Below, piece by piece: positions 1 through 6,763 of a stretch of 42,730 bases of DNA. The notes beneath the pieces were generated by a model that made no database searches, had not been told where the DNA came from, and saw only the letters and a list, made by a program, of their open reading frames with translations. Origin of the DNA: Candidatus Woesearchaeota archaeon (GTDB lineage: Archaea > Nanobdellota > Nanobdellia > Woesearchaeales > ARS49); assembly GCA_041599235.1 (NCBI GenBank), contig JBFHWZ010000002.1:1-42730 (forward strand), in the 5' to 3' direction. Made by a program: the position numbers and the translations under genes. Every line of letters begins with the position of its first letter. The stretch's first letter is position 1.

Positions 1-168
1 ACCTTGGCAGTCCAGAATGCTTTTGGTATTATGGTCGATAACGATAAAGCCACCATCAAGGTCGTGGTGCTTGAATTCTCTCAGAGCAATGCGCGGCAAT
101 TGATTGTAATGCATCTTGCCAAAGTAAATGCTGCTGTCCTTTATCACTATAATATGCACAAAACTCAT
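1..168 (-). CDS. Hypothetical protein, 5' part only (runs off window edge)
   Basis: ATG at 168 on the minus strand opens a frame to position 1 (MSFVHIIVIKDSSIYFGKMHYNQLPRIALREF...). It is co-directional with the upstream operon. No family recognised. Confidence 0.3.
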   Translation of the reverse strand, partial: MSFVHIIVIKDSSIYFGKMHYNQLPRIALREFKHHDLDGGFIVIDHNTKSILDCQG

Positions 169-219
169 GATTAAACTGAGTTTTCCTGCTTCTTATGCAT
201 TACTGTGCAAAAACCGGAA

Positions 220-468
220 TTAATCCGAAAACTTCAGCAGTTTTTCGTGACTGCTCAAGCCTGATTTAAGCTGCACATGCTTTTTGGTGAGCTTGGCAAA
301 GAACTTGTACACTTCAAGATTTGCTTTGCCTTTTGTCGCAGGTGCAGCAATAGCGACTTTGAGCGCTTGCCGTGCTTCATCCCAGCCAAGAATCTCATTC
401 TTAGCAGCATTGGGCTTCACTAGAATCTTAAGAACGCCGTTCTTGATGTACTGCTCAAAGTCAGTCAT
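220..468 (-). CDS. DUF167 (YggU/UPF0235) family protein
   Basis: 82 aa. The pattern LKVAIAAPATKGKANLEVYKFFAKL...V.L.SG..S..K is typical of DUF167. The start overlaps the upstream stop as ATGA. Confidence 0.65.
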   Translation of the reverse strand: MTDFEQYIKNGVLKILVKPNAAKNEILGWDEARQALKVAIAAPATKGKANLEVYKFFAKLTKKHVQLKSGLSSHEKLLKFSD

Positions 469-776
469 CTATACTCACGCCAGGTATGATTGCATTTTTC
501 ACACTTGAAGAACTTAGTTGCAGCTTCATCAGCAGCACGTGTCTGGATTTCCCAGGTATATGCCTTGCTGTGCTTGCATTTTGGGCATTCCTGCTCAACC
601 AAGGGATACACCGTGGGGGTTTCTTCAATCACTTCAATCTTCTTGGTTTCCTTGCCTTTTTCCCTGATTGCAACAGCTTCAGTACCTTCTTTGTGGCCGC
701 ATGAACAAGCCAATACTTTCTTGCCCTTCACAGCCTTGGGCATCATAAGAGAACCGCATTTTGGACAAAACATCAT
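465..776 (-). CDS. tfs: Transcription factor S / RNA polymerase subunit M (TFS)
   Basis: 103 aa. N-terminal CPKCG...C.C zinc ribbon plus a C-terminal CPKC...QTRAADEA.T.F.KC.KC..WR motif (TFIIS-type acidic DE loop). Confidence 0.85.
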   Translation of the reverse strand: MMFCPKCGSLMMPKAVKGKKVLACSCGHKEGTEAVAIREKGKETKKIEVIEETPTVYPLVEQECPKCKHSKAYTWEIQTRAADEAATKFFKCEKCNHTWREYR

Positions 777-1399
777 ACTACTCCTGATACTTTTAATAAC
801 TCAACAAAGCCAATCTTGATCCAGCCAAGGAACGGAATTCTGAACAATGCCTTGCCAATTTGATTTTCTTGCCTTACTGCGCGCTCAAAATCTGCACTGC
901 CGCAGTTATGATCGCCCTTGGTCAAATAGCTCTTGTGATCACCAAGCTGGTCAACAGCAACAACGCGGTGAATGATGGGGTCAAGGCGGTTATCAGCCCT
1001 GAACACCAGAATGTCTCCAATAGCAATATTTGCTGGCCGCCATAAGATCATAATGTCGCCTTTGTTAAAGCCGTTCTTGAATGGAAACTGCTTGAATTCT
1101 ATTTGGTTAATGCCCAGCTTTTCATATAATTCGCCTTGCGGTATTTTCTCAGAACAGTCTGCATTAGCACAGCAGCTGGGCGAGCCCCACCAATTATCAA
1201 AGCCGCCTGGGTGCTCCATGCTGCCTGAAACAACAGCAACAATCGGATGGCTGGTTCCTAAGACAAATCCTGCAGCTGGATAAAAGATGAACTTGATGAT
1301 AACAAATGCCAGTATGATATTGGCGATCCAGCTCCAAATACTATTGTCTTCCCACAAAAACCACCAGAGCTTTTTCCAGAACTGCTTACTCATACTCAT
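773..1399 (-). CDS. Signal peptidase I, archaeal/ER Sec11 (S26B) type
   Basis: N-terminal TM helix, then the catalytic motif VVSGSMEH, the His box PIIHRVV and TKGDHN. I use the internal start MSMSKQFW at 1399, because the longer ORF (to 1687) would overlap the divergent gene at 1445. Confidence 0.8.
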   Translation of the reverse strand: MSMSKQFWKKLWWFLWEDNSIWSWIANIILAFVIIKFIFYPAAGFVLGTSHPIVAVVSGSMEHPGGFDNWWGSPSCCANADCSEKIPQGELYEKLGINQIEFKQFPFKNGFNKGDIMILWRPANIAIGDILVFRADNRLDPIIHRVVAVDQLGDHKSYLTKGDHNCGSADFERAVRQENQIGKALFRIPFLGWIKIGFVELLKVSGVV

Positions 1400-1444
1400 C
1401 AAGCGAACGGCAAGTATTAAAAAGCTTTTGGTTATAGTTCGTGC

Positions 1445-1888
1445 ATGCTCAAACTGCCGCACTCGAGATATTATGAAGGAATTTTGCAGCTGCGCAACCC
1501 CACGCCCGAACTCATTGCCTGGGTGCGCAAAACAGTCAAAGCAGAAGGCAAATCCCTTATTTGCGAAGAAAAAAAAGTGACTAATGGCATTGATATGAAG
1601 TTCAGTTCTCAAAGATATCTGCGTGCCTTGGGCAAGCGGCTCAAAGAACGCTTCACAGGCGAGCTCAAGCTCAGCAGGACCCTGCATACAATCAGCAAAG
1701 TGACTGGCAAGCGGCTGTATCGTGTTACAGTCATGTTCAGACTGCTCAAATACAAAAAAGGCATGATTTTAGAGATTGATGGTGAACAATGGCAGATCAT
1801 AGCAGTAGACCATCGTGCCCGTATTAAGAATCTCACGTCAGGCGAGAAAAAAGAATATGCGCTGCATGAATTAGACCGTTATGTCTGA
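1445..1888 (+). CDS. NMD3-related protein, short form lacking the N-terminal Cys clusters
   Basis: 147 aa. YEGILQLR...GIDMKF matches the NMD3 core motif (YEAIIQLR). No CxxC zinc clusters are present. Confidence 0.5.
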   Translation: MLKLPHSRYYEGILQLRNPTPELIAWVRKTVKAEGKSLICEEKKVTNGIDMKFSSQRYLRALGKRLKERFTGELKLSRTLHTISKVTGKRLYRVTVMFRLLKYKKGMILEIDGEQWQIIAVDHRARIKNLTSGEKKEYALHELDRYV

Positions 1889-3027
1889 CGCTCATGCTGG
1901 TATTGCTCAACAATCTTTCGCAGCAGGTCCTTGTTTTTCCGTGCTTCTTCAAACGCGCCTTTGTTGACAAAGCCAAAGAGCTCTGTTTCAGTCAAGTCAA
2001 ACTGGCTGCTGTCAATGAGAATCATATTAAGCGCATTCTCAGCCTGCTTGCCAACAGCTTTCTTGTATACGATGATAGCAACCAGGCCGTGCAAGTACTC
2101 AAGTGCTTTGGTGCTGAATTCATTTACATCATCCACTAATAGCACATCCCCTTTTTCCAGCTGCAGTGCTGTGCGCTTTCGCTGCAATTCTGTCCAGCCA
2201 AGATTTTTCAGGCGCTTCAACACAGTCTTGGTCTTCATCTGCGCAAGCGCATTTTGCAATTCACGCATTTTACCCTGCACGCGTTTGGCATGAGCAGTTT
2301 GCTCTTTGAGCTGCTTTGTCAGCACCTGGATCTTCTGGTCCTTGAAGCGCAGGCGCTCATCAGGCTTTATTTCTTTTTTGATAACTGGTTTCTGGGCGTT
2401 TCTCAGTTTTTCTTCCAGCAGGCGAATGCGCTGCTTAAGCAACGCAGTGTTCTTGTTAGCATCCTGCAGGGCATCGTACAGTTTGGTGAAGTCTTTTTCA
2501 GCAAGCTTTTTTTCCTCAATAACTGCTGTCATTATCTGCGCTGGCTCTGCTTCTGGCTTTTCAACCAAGGCAAGCGCAGCATACATGCTCAGTTCGTGCT
2601 TGACCACTAACTCAGCAACTTTGGAGAATAACTGCAGCTTATCGCGCGTAGCCAAGAAGCTGTTAATCCGTTTCAAGAGGGGCTGCATTTTCTTAAATGC
2701 AAACACTGCTGAGGCCAGCGCATCCCGTTCATGATTGTTTTTGGGATTGCGTGCAGCAGTGAGCTTTCGTTTTTCTTCAACTTTCAGGTCTTCTTGCGGA
2801 ATGACTAGTTTGGCTCGAAAGCGCGCACTGAATTTTTCAACAAAAAAGGGTGTTTTGTACTTATCACAGCCAACAAGTATGGGTGTTCCTTGAAGCCGCG
2901 CCTGCTCAACAACAGCATCAAGGGGCATTTCCTTTGCACTGCCAAGGTGTATGAGTTTTCCAGTAAGATCAAGAAATGCATAACCAACAGTGGTGCCGGG
3001 ATCAATGCCTGCGATGAGCAGCTTCAT
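1879..3027 (-). CDS. DUF460 protein (archaeal RNase H/RuvC-like fold) with coiled-coil middle
   Basis: N-terminus MKLLIAGIDPGTTVGYAFLDLTGK is typical of DUF460 / RNase H-like nucleases. The central region is K/E-rich coiled coil. Confidence 0.6.
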   Translation of the reverse strand: MKLLIAGIDPGTTVGYAFLDLTGKLIHLGSAKEMPLDAVVEQARLQGTPILVGCDKYKTPFFVEKFSARFRAKLVIPQEDLKVEEKRKLTAARNPKNNHERDALASAVFAFKKMQPLLKRINSFLATRDKLQLFSKVAELVVKHELSMYAALALVEKPEAEPAQIMTAVIEEKKLAEKDFTKLYDALQDANKNTALLKQRIRLLEEKLRNAQKPVIKKEIKPDERLRFKDQKIQVLTKQLKEQTAHAKRVQGKMRELQNALAQMKTKTVLKRLKNLGWTELQRKRTALQLEKGDVLLVDDVNEFSTKALEYLHGLVAIIVYKKAVGKQAENALNMILIDSSQFDLTETELFGFVNKGAFEEARKNKDLLRKIVEQYQHERQT

Positions 3028-3695
3028 TGTAAGATGATGATATTGCCCCTCCCCTTTTTAATTTTCTTTATGATGCCTTTTGCTTCAAGCTCTGAAATCA
3101 TAAGGCTTATTTTTGCCTCGCTTTCAGGAAATTGCTTGCGGATATCCTTCTGTGTTGTCCTGCCACCTTCTTTTTTGATAAATGCAACAACTTTTTCAAG
3201 TTCGCCCAATACTTCCAGCTTTTTTGCTGGCTCTTTTGTTTCAGGTTTCTTGAGCAAAGATTGTCCTATAAGGAAGCCAACAAGCAGTATGAGCGCAAAT
3301 CCAATCAGGTATTTCCAAAGGGGTGTTTGTTCCTCAAAGTACTCTGCGCTAAAGTCAAGGTCTGATTCGCTTAACAGCTCTTCCTCAAGGCTGATGTCTT
3401 CGAATAGTATGAGATCAAGCACAAAGCTGCCTTCGTTCTTGACTGTGACCTGCTCAGTTATGCTGAGGCCATTTGCCTTAGCTTTGAGCGTATAGGTGCC
3501 TTGTGGGACAATGAACTCATAGGTTCCGTTTTTAGAAACTAATACTTGTTTGGGGCTGGTGCTGATCTCAACTATTGCATTATTGATATTATTGAGTTCA
3601 AGATCATAGACGTTTCCGTAGATAGTTACTGCGCTTACCAAGGTAGTTAAGCACAACATACAAGCTAATAGGCAAAATATGCTTTTCCACCCCAT
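3024..3695 (-). CDS. Membrane-tethered winged-helix protein with extracellular prealbumin/CarboxypepD_reg-like domain
   Basis: Hydrophobic signal/anchor (MGWKSIFCLLACMLCLTTLVSA), a beta-rich segment (GTYEFIVPQGTYTLKAKANGL), an acidic linker, a TM helix (YLIGFALILLVGFLIG) and a C-terminal wHTH (VVAFIKKEGGRTTQKDIRKQF..SLMISELEAKGIIKK). Confidence 0.55.
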   Translation of the reverse strand: MGWKSIFCLLACMLCLTTLVSAVTIYGNVYDLELNNINNAIVEISTSPKQVLVSKNGTYEFIVPQGTYTLKAKANGLSITEQVTVKNEGSFVLDLILFEDISLEEELLSESDLDFSAEYFEEQTPLWKYLIGFALILLVGFLIGQSLLKKPETKEPAKKLEVLGELEKVVAFIKKEGGRTTQKDIRKQFPESEAKISLMISELEAKGIIKKIKKGRGNIIILQ

Positions 3696-3719
3696 ATCTG
3701 AGTATAGAGCCCATTAACC

Positions 3720-3735
3720 TATATAAACCTTTCGT
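3720..3735 (-). promoter_or_regulatory. BRE/TATA (acgaaaggtttatata), 25 nt upstream of ATG 3695
   Basis: Read on the minus strand. The same 16-mer consensus recurs at 13717 and 13791. Confidence 0.6.
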
Positions 3736-3774
3736 AAAGTAAAAGGGGACTAAAGAGGACTCTATAAAGTTTTA

Positions 3775-3793
3775 AAAGCCCTCTTTGGGCTTT
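3775..3793. other. Perfect 7-bp-stem hairpin / inverted repeat aaagccc-tcttt-gggcttt flanked by tttaaa
   Basis: Read directly from the sequence, in the 276-bp divergent intergenic region. Confidence 0.5.
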
Positions 3794-3816
3794 AAATTAA
3801 GTGTTTTGCAAGCAAG

Positions 3817-3826
3817 TATATAAATA
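3817..3826 (+). promoter_or_regulatory. TATA-like box (tatataaata) for the 3972 gene, implying a leader of about 120 nt
   Basis: AT-rich TATA match in the divergent intergenic region. The distance to the ATG implies a long 5' UTR. Confidence 0.4.
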
Positions 3827-3875
3827 AGCTTGCCCATAGAGGTTGCTAGGGAGCTTACCGCCTCCCGAGAACTAA

Positions 3876-3934
3876 ACGGCTATCTTTGCTGTGCGGAGCA
3901 CAAGGCTTCGCACAGTAAATATTATTACAGCCGT
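3876..3934 (+). other. Nested stem-loop in the 5' leader of the 3972 gene
   Basis: Outer stem acggct (3876-3881) pairs with agccgt (3929-3934). Inner stem ctgtgcg (3889-3895) pairs with cgcacag (3909-3915). An alternative pairing joins gctatctt (3879-3886) to aagatagc (3945-3952), just upstream of the SD. Confidence 0.35.
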
Positions 3935-3971
3935 TCAAAAAATCAAGATAGCTGAATTGGAGGAAAAAACC

Positions 3972-5348
3972 ATGAACCTAAAGAAAGTAATGAGTTTGTT
4001 TGTGATGGTGGTGTTCATCGTGAGCCTCATGCCGGCAGCATTTGCTGATGACGGCGCTGATCACAATGACGCACCTGACGCAGACACCCCTGTTGATGGC
4101 GATGTTGCTGAAGACGGGGCTGGTGATGCAGATGATACTGCTGCCTCACCAACCGATGTGGGCATAACTGAGCATGAAATCCGTAAAAAGAGAGAAATGC
4201 GAAGTGATGCCTTTGAAAAAAGCAGAGAAGCACGCATGAAGCAGGCTGAAGATATCCGCAAGGATAAGATGAAAGCACGCGATAGAGTTCTTAAGAAAGC
4301 GCTCAAAGTGCGCCATACTGAACTTAAGGAACAGTACAAGCATGACCGCAAGCTTATCAGAGAGCGAGCAGCAAAAGCAAAAGAAATGCACAAAGAAGCT
4401 CGAGAGCGACATAAAGAAGCTCGAAAAGCCCTGAAAGAACGACGCGGCAATCTCAAACAGCACGCACGTGATTTCTTAGCTGGATCAGCTGATGATATCA
4501 TTGCCCTGCTTGAGAAGACTATAGAGCGCATTGAAGCAAGTGACTTGTCAGAAGGCGAGAAAGCTGAAATGATCGCATCTCTTGAAGCACGCATTGGCGA
4601 AGTTGCTGCAGCTCAGGACTCAGTAGCTGACCTTGATGACGAAAGCGCTGAAGACCAGTACAAAGAAGCAGCCGGCATTATCAAAGGCGCTTGGAAAGAT
4701 GCTCGACATCAGATCAAGCGCGGCGTTGGCAAAGCTGCAAGCCACCGAATGGGCGGCATACTGGTTAAAGCAGAACGCCTTGGCGCAAAGCTTGAAAAAA
4801 CAGTTGCACGTCTTGAAGCAAAAGGTTATGATGTGAGCGTAGCAGCAGAGCACATTGCCACGTTTGAAAGCTTGATTGCACAAGCAAAGAGCAAGCAAGC
4901 TGAAGCAAGCAGGCTCTTTGAAGCAGGCGATGCTCCAGCAGCAGCTGAACATGTCAGAGAAGCGCACGCACTCTTCAAAGAAGCACACCAAGCTCTGAAG
5001 AATGCAGTCCGTGCAATCAAAGGCATTGAGACTGGAACCACTGAGCTCAGTGATGCAGATGATGGTGCTTCAGATGATTCAGACGATGCTGATGAAACCG
5101 AAGCTGAAGAAGAAACTGAAGCTGAAGAAGAGTCAGAAACTGAATCTGATGAAGAAGAAGCTGAGGAAGAATCTGAAGCTGAAGAAGAGTCAGAAACTGA
5201 ATCTGATGAAGAGTCTGACGATGAAATGTCTGACGAAGCTGAAGATGATGCAACTGATGACAGCGCTGACGAAGGCGATGCATCAGATGACGACAGCTCA
5301 GATGACAGCTCAGATGAAACAGCTGACGACGAAACAACTGGGGCTTAA
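3972..5348 (+). CDS. Secreted coiled-coil protein with poly-acidic D/E/S/T-rich C-terminal tail
   Basis: GGAGGA lies 8 nt upstream of ATG 3972. The signal peptide is MNLKKVMSLFVMVVFIVSLMPAAFA|DD. A K/E/R coiled-coil core is followed by about 110 aa of an almost pure acidic tail. The ORF-track start at 3891 (GTG) precedes the signal peptide and is rejected. Confidence 0.6.
   Translation: MNLKKVMSLFVMVVFIVSLMPAAFADDGADHNDAPDADTPVDGDVAEDGAGDADDTAASPTDVGITEHEIRKKREMRSDAFEKSREARMKQAEDIRKDKMKARDRVLKKALKVRHTELKEQYKHDRKLIRERAAKAKEMHKEARERHKEARKALKERRGNLKQHARDFLAGSADDIIALLEKTIERIEASDLSEGEKAEMIASLEARIGEVAAAQDSVADLDDESAEDQYKEAAGIIKGAWKDARHQIKRGVGKAASHRMGGILVKAERLGAKLEKTVARLEAKGYDVSVAAEHIATFESLIAQAKSKQAEASRLFEAGDAPAAAEHVREAHALFKEAHQALKNAVRAIKGIETGTTELSDADDGASDDSDDADETEAEEETEAEEESETESDEEEAEEESEAEEESETESDEESDDEMSDEAEDDATDDSADEGDASDDDSSDDSSDETADDETTGA
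5116..5212 (+). repeat. Perfect 40-nt direct repeat (5116-5155 and 5173-5212), period 57 nt, inside the acidic tail
   Basis: ctgaagctgaagaagagtcagaaactgaatctgatgaaga occurs twice and encodes EAEEESETESDEE. Confidence 0.85.
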
Positions 5349-5357
5349 AACCCCTTA

Positions 5358-5373
5358 TTTTTTCTATTTTTTT
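5358..5373 (+). terminator. Oligo-T tract (archaeal-type termination signal)
   Basis: ttttttctattttttt lies just after the stop at 5348. Confidence 0.4.
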
Positions 5374-5389
5374 ACACAAAGTTTAAATA
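5374..5389 (+). promoter_or_regulatory. BRE/TATA (acacaaagtttaaata) for the lipobox protein gene
   Basis: tttaaata at 5382-5389, with an SD and the ATG about 45 nt downstream. Confidence 0.55.
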
Positions 5390-5433
5390 GAAGGAAGAGA
5401 GACTCTACCCAATAATAACAACAAGGTGACTAT

Positions 5434-5670
5434 ATGAAAAAAATCCTAGCAATTTTGTTTGTTGTCAGCATTCTAGCACTGCTTGTTGGCTGCGGCCCAA
5501 AAGCATCAAAAGTAGCACCAGAAGCTGGACCAACACCTGTTGACGCAGAAGTCAGCACCATTGATCAAGATGTTTCTGAAATTGATTCACTTGAAGCAGA
5601 GCTTGACACCAGCGAACTGGATGAGATTGATCAAGCTCTTGCTGAACTAGAATCGCTTGATCTAGAGTAA
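5434..5670 (+). CDS. Small acidic lipobox-containing protein (putative lipoprotein)
   Basis: MKKILAILFVVSILALLVG|C has a bacterial-type lipobox L-V-G-C. AGGTGA lies 5 nt upstream of the ATG. The mature part is very acidic. Confidence 0.6.
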   Translation: MKKILAILFVVSILALLVGCGPKASKVAPEAGPTPVDAEVSTIDQDVSEIDSLEAELDTSELDEIDQALAELESLDLE

Positions 5671-5693
5671 TTTTTTTATATTCTCTTTTTTTA
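5671..5693 (+). terminator. Oligo-T tract after the lipobox gene
   Basis: tttttttatattctctttttttat lies directly after TAA. It overlaps the putative rtcA TATA. Confidence 0.4.
5674..5681 (+). promoter_or_regulatory. TATA-like box (ttttatat), 24 nt upstream of rtcA ATG
   Basis: The spacing matches the 22-25 nt leaderless pattern seen throughout the window. Confidence 0.4.
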
Positions 5694-5704
5694 TTGCTTC
5701 TTAT

Positions 5705-6763
5705 ATGATAGAACTAGACGGCTCATACGGTGAAGGCGGCGGCCAGATTGTCAGAACTGCCTTAGCACTTTCTACACTTACGCAAAAGCCTTTTCATGTA
5801 ACCACTATACGTAAAGGCAGGAAAGATGCAGGCCTTAAGGCACAGCATGTGCACTGCATCAAGGCACTGCAAGAACTCTGCGATGCAAAAGCAGAAGGAG
5901 CAACCTTGGGCAGCACAGAACTTACCTTCTACCCTGGCACTATCAAGAAACGAAAGCTTGACGTTGATATTGGCACAGCAGGCTCAATAACCTTATTTTT
6001 GCAAGCACTGCTTATGCCCTGCTTTTTTGCACCCAAACCAGTCAAGCTCAGTATTACGGGCGGAACCAATGTTGCCTGGTCAATGCCTGTAGAATACCTG
6101 CAAGAAGTGTTTGCGCCACACCTAAACAAATACTGTGATAAACTGAATATCAAGCTCCTCAAACGCGGCTATTATCCTAAAGGCGGCGGAAAAATTGAAG
6201 TCAGCATAACTCCAAAATACACTATGGAAACAGTTGCCGAAGCACAGCCTATTATGCTTCTTGAGCAGCAGCACTTGCTGTACATCAAAGGAGTCAGCCA
6301 TGCTGCCAAGCATCTTGAGAACGCAAAAGTAGCTGACCGGCAAGCAGCAACGGCACAACAGCAGCTTGAAGCATATGGCGTGCCTATCACGATCCGCACA
6401 GAATATGTAGACAGCCTTAATCCTGGCAGCGGCATAACGCTCTGGGCAGTGTTCTCGCAAGACAAAGAAGAACTTGATCAAGTCAATCCCGTTAGTTTAG
6501 GCAGCGATGCGCTTGGCGAGCTGGGCAAGCCTTCAGAAACTGTTGGGCAAGAGGCAGCACAACAACTTAAGACAGCTATTGACAGCAAAGCTCCTGTTGA
6601 TGCTCACTTAGCAGACAATCTCATTCCGTGGATGGCACTTTTCAAACCCAGTGCTATCAAAGTGGCTCAAGTGACTGAGCATACAAAAACAAACATCTAT
6701 GCTGTTGAACAATTCTTAGGTAGGACGTTTACTATAGAAGGAAACATAATCTCAAGCAAGTGA
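5705..6763 (+). CDS. rtcA: RNA 3'-terminal phosphate cyclase
   Basis: 352 aa. The N-terminus IELDGSYGEGGGQIVRTALALS, and the length and domain order, are typical of RtcA. Confidence 0.9.
   Translation: MIELDGSYGEGGGQIVRTALALSTLTQKPFHVTTIRKGRKDAGLKAQHVHCIKALQELCDAKAEGATLGSTELTFYPGTIKKRKLDVDIGTAGSITLFLQALLMPCFFAPKPVKLSITGGTNVAWSMPVEYLQEVFAPHLNKYCDKLNIKLLKRGYYPKGGGKIEVSITPKYTMETVAEAQPIMLLEQQHLLYIKGVSHAAKHLENAKVADRQAATAQQQLEAYGVPITIRTEYVDSLNPGSGITLWAVFSQDKEELDQVNPVSLGSDALGELGKPSETVGQEAAQQLKTAIDSKAPVDAHLADNLIPWMALFKPSAIKVAQVTEHTKTNIYAVEQFLGRTFTIEGNIISSK

Noticed and set aside
773-1687. Full 304-aa ORF for the signal peptidase
   Set aside because: The N-terminal 96 codons have no signal-peptidase similarity and run antisense through the divergent NMD3-like gene. 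The internal ATG at 1399 gives a normal TM-anchored S26B enzyme.
2890-3495. 201-aa plus-strand ORF spanning the DUF460 / wHTH gene junction
   Set aside because: It is antisense to two well-supported minus-strand genes and has no motifs.
3024-3695. Lipobox (L-L-A-C) in the N-terminus of the membrane wHTH protein
   Set aside because: The Cys lies in the middle of a hydrophobic segment containing several Cys, and the -2 residue is atypical. It is more consistent with a signal anchor or an SPase I site after VSA.
3891-3971. GTG start at 3891 for the acidic coiled-coil protein
   Set aside because: The signal peptide begins at ATG 3972, which has a GGAGGA SD 8 nt upstream. The upstream 27 codons coincide with the predicted RNA stems.
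4061-5379. Long antisense ORFs (4061-4594, 4620-4991, 5047-5379, and 5002-5415 on the + strand in another frame)
   Set aside because: These are low-complexity mirror frames of a K/E/D-rich gene. They have no start context and no recognisable motifs.
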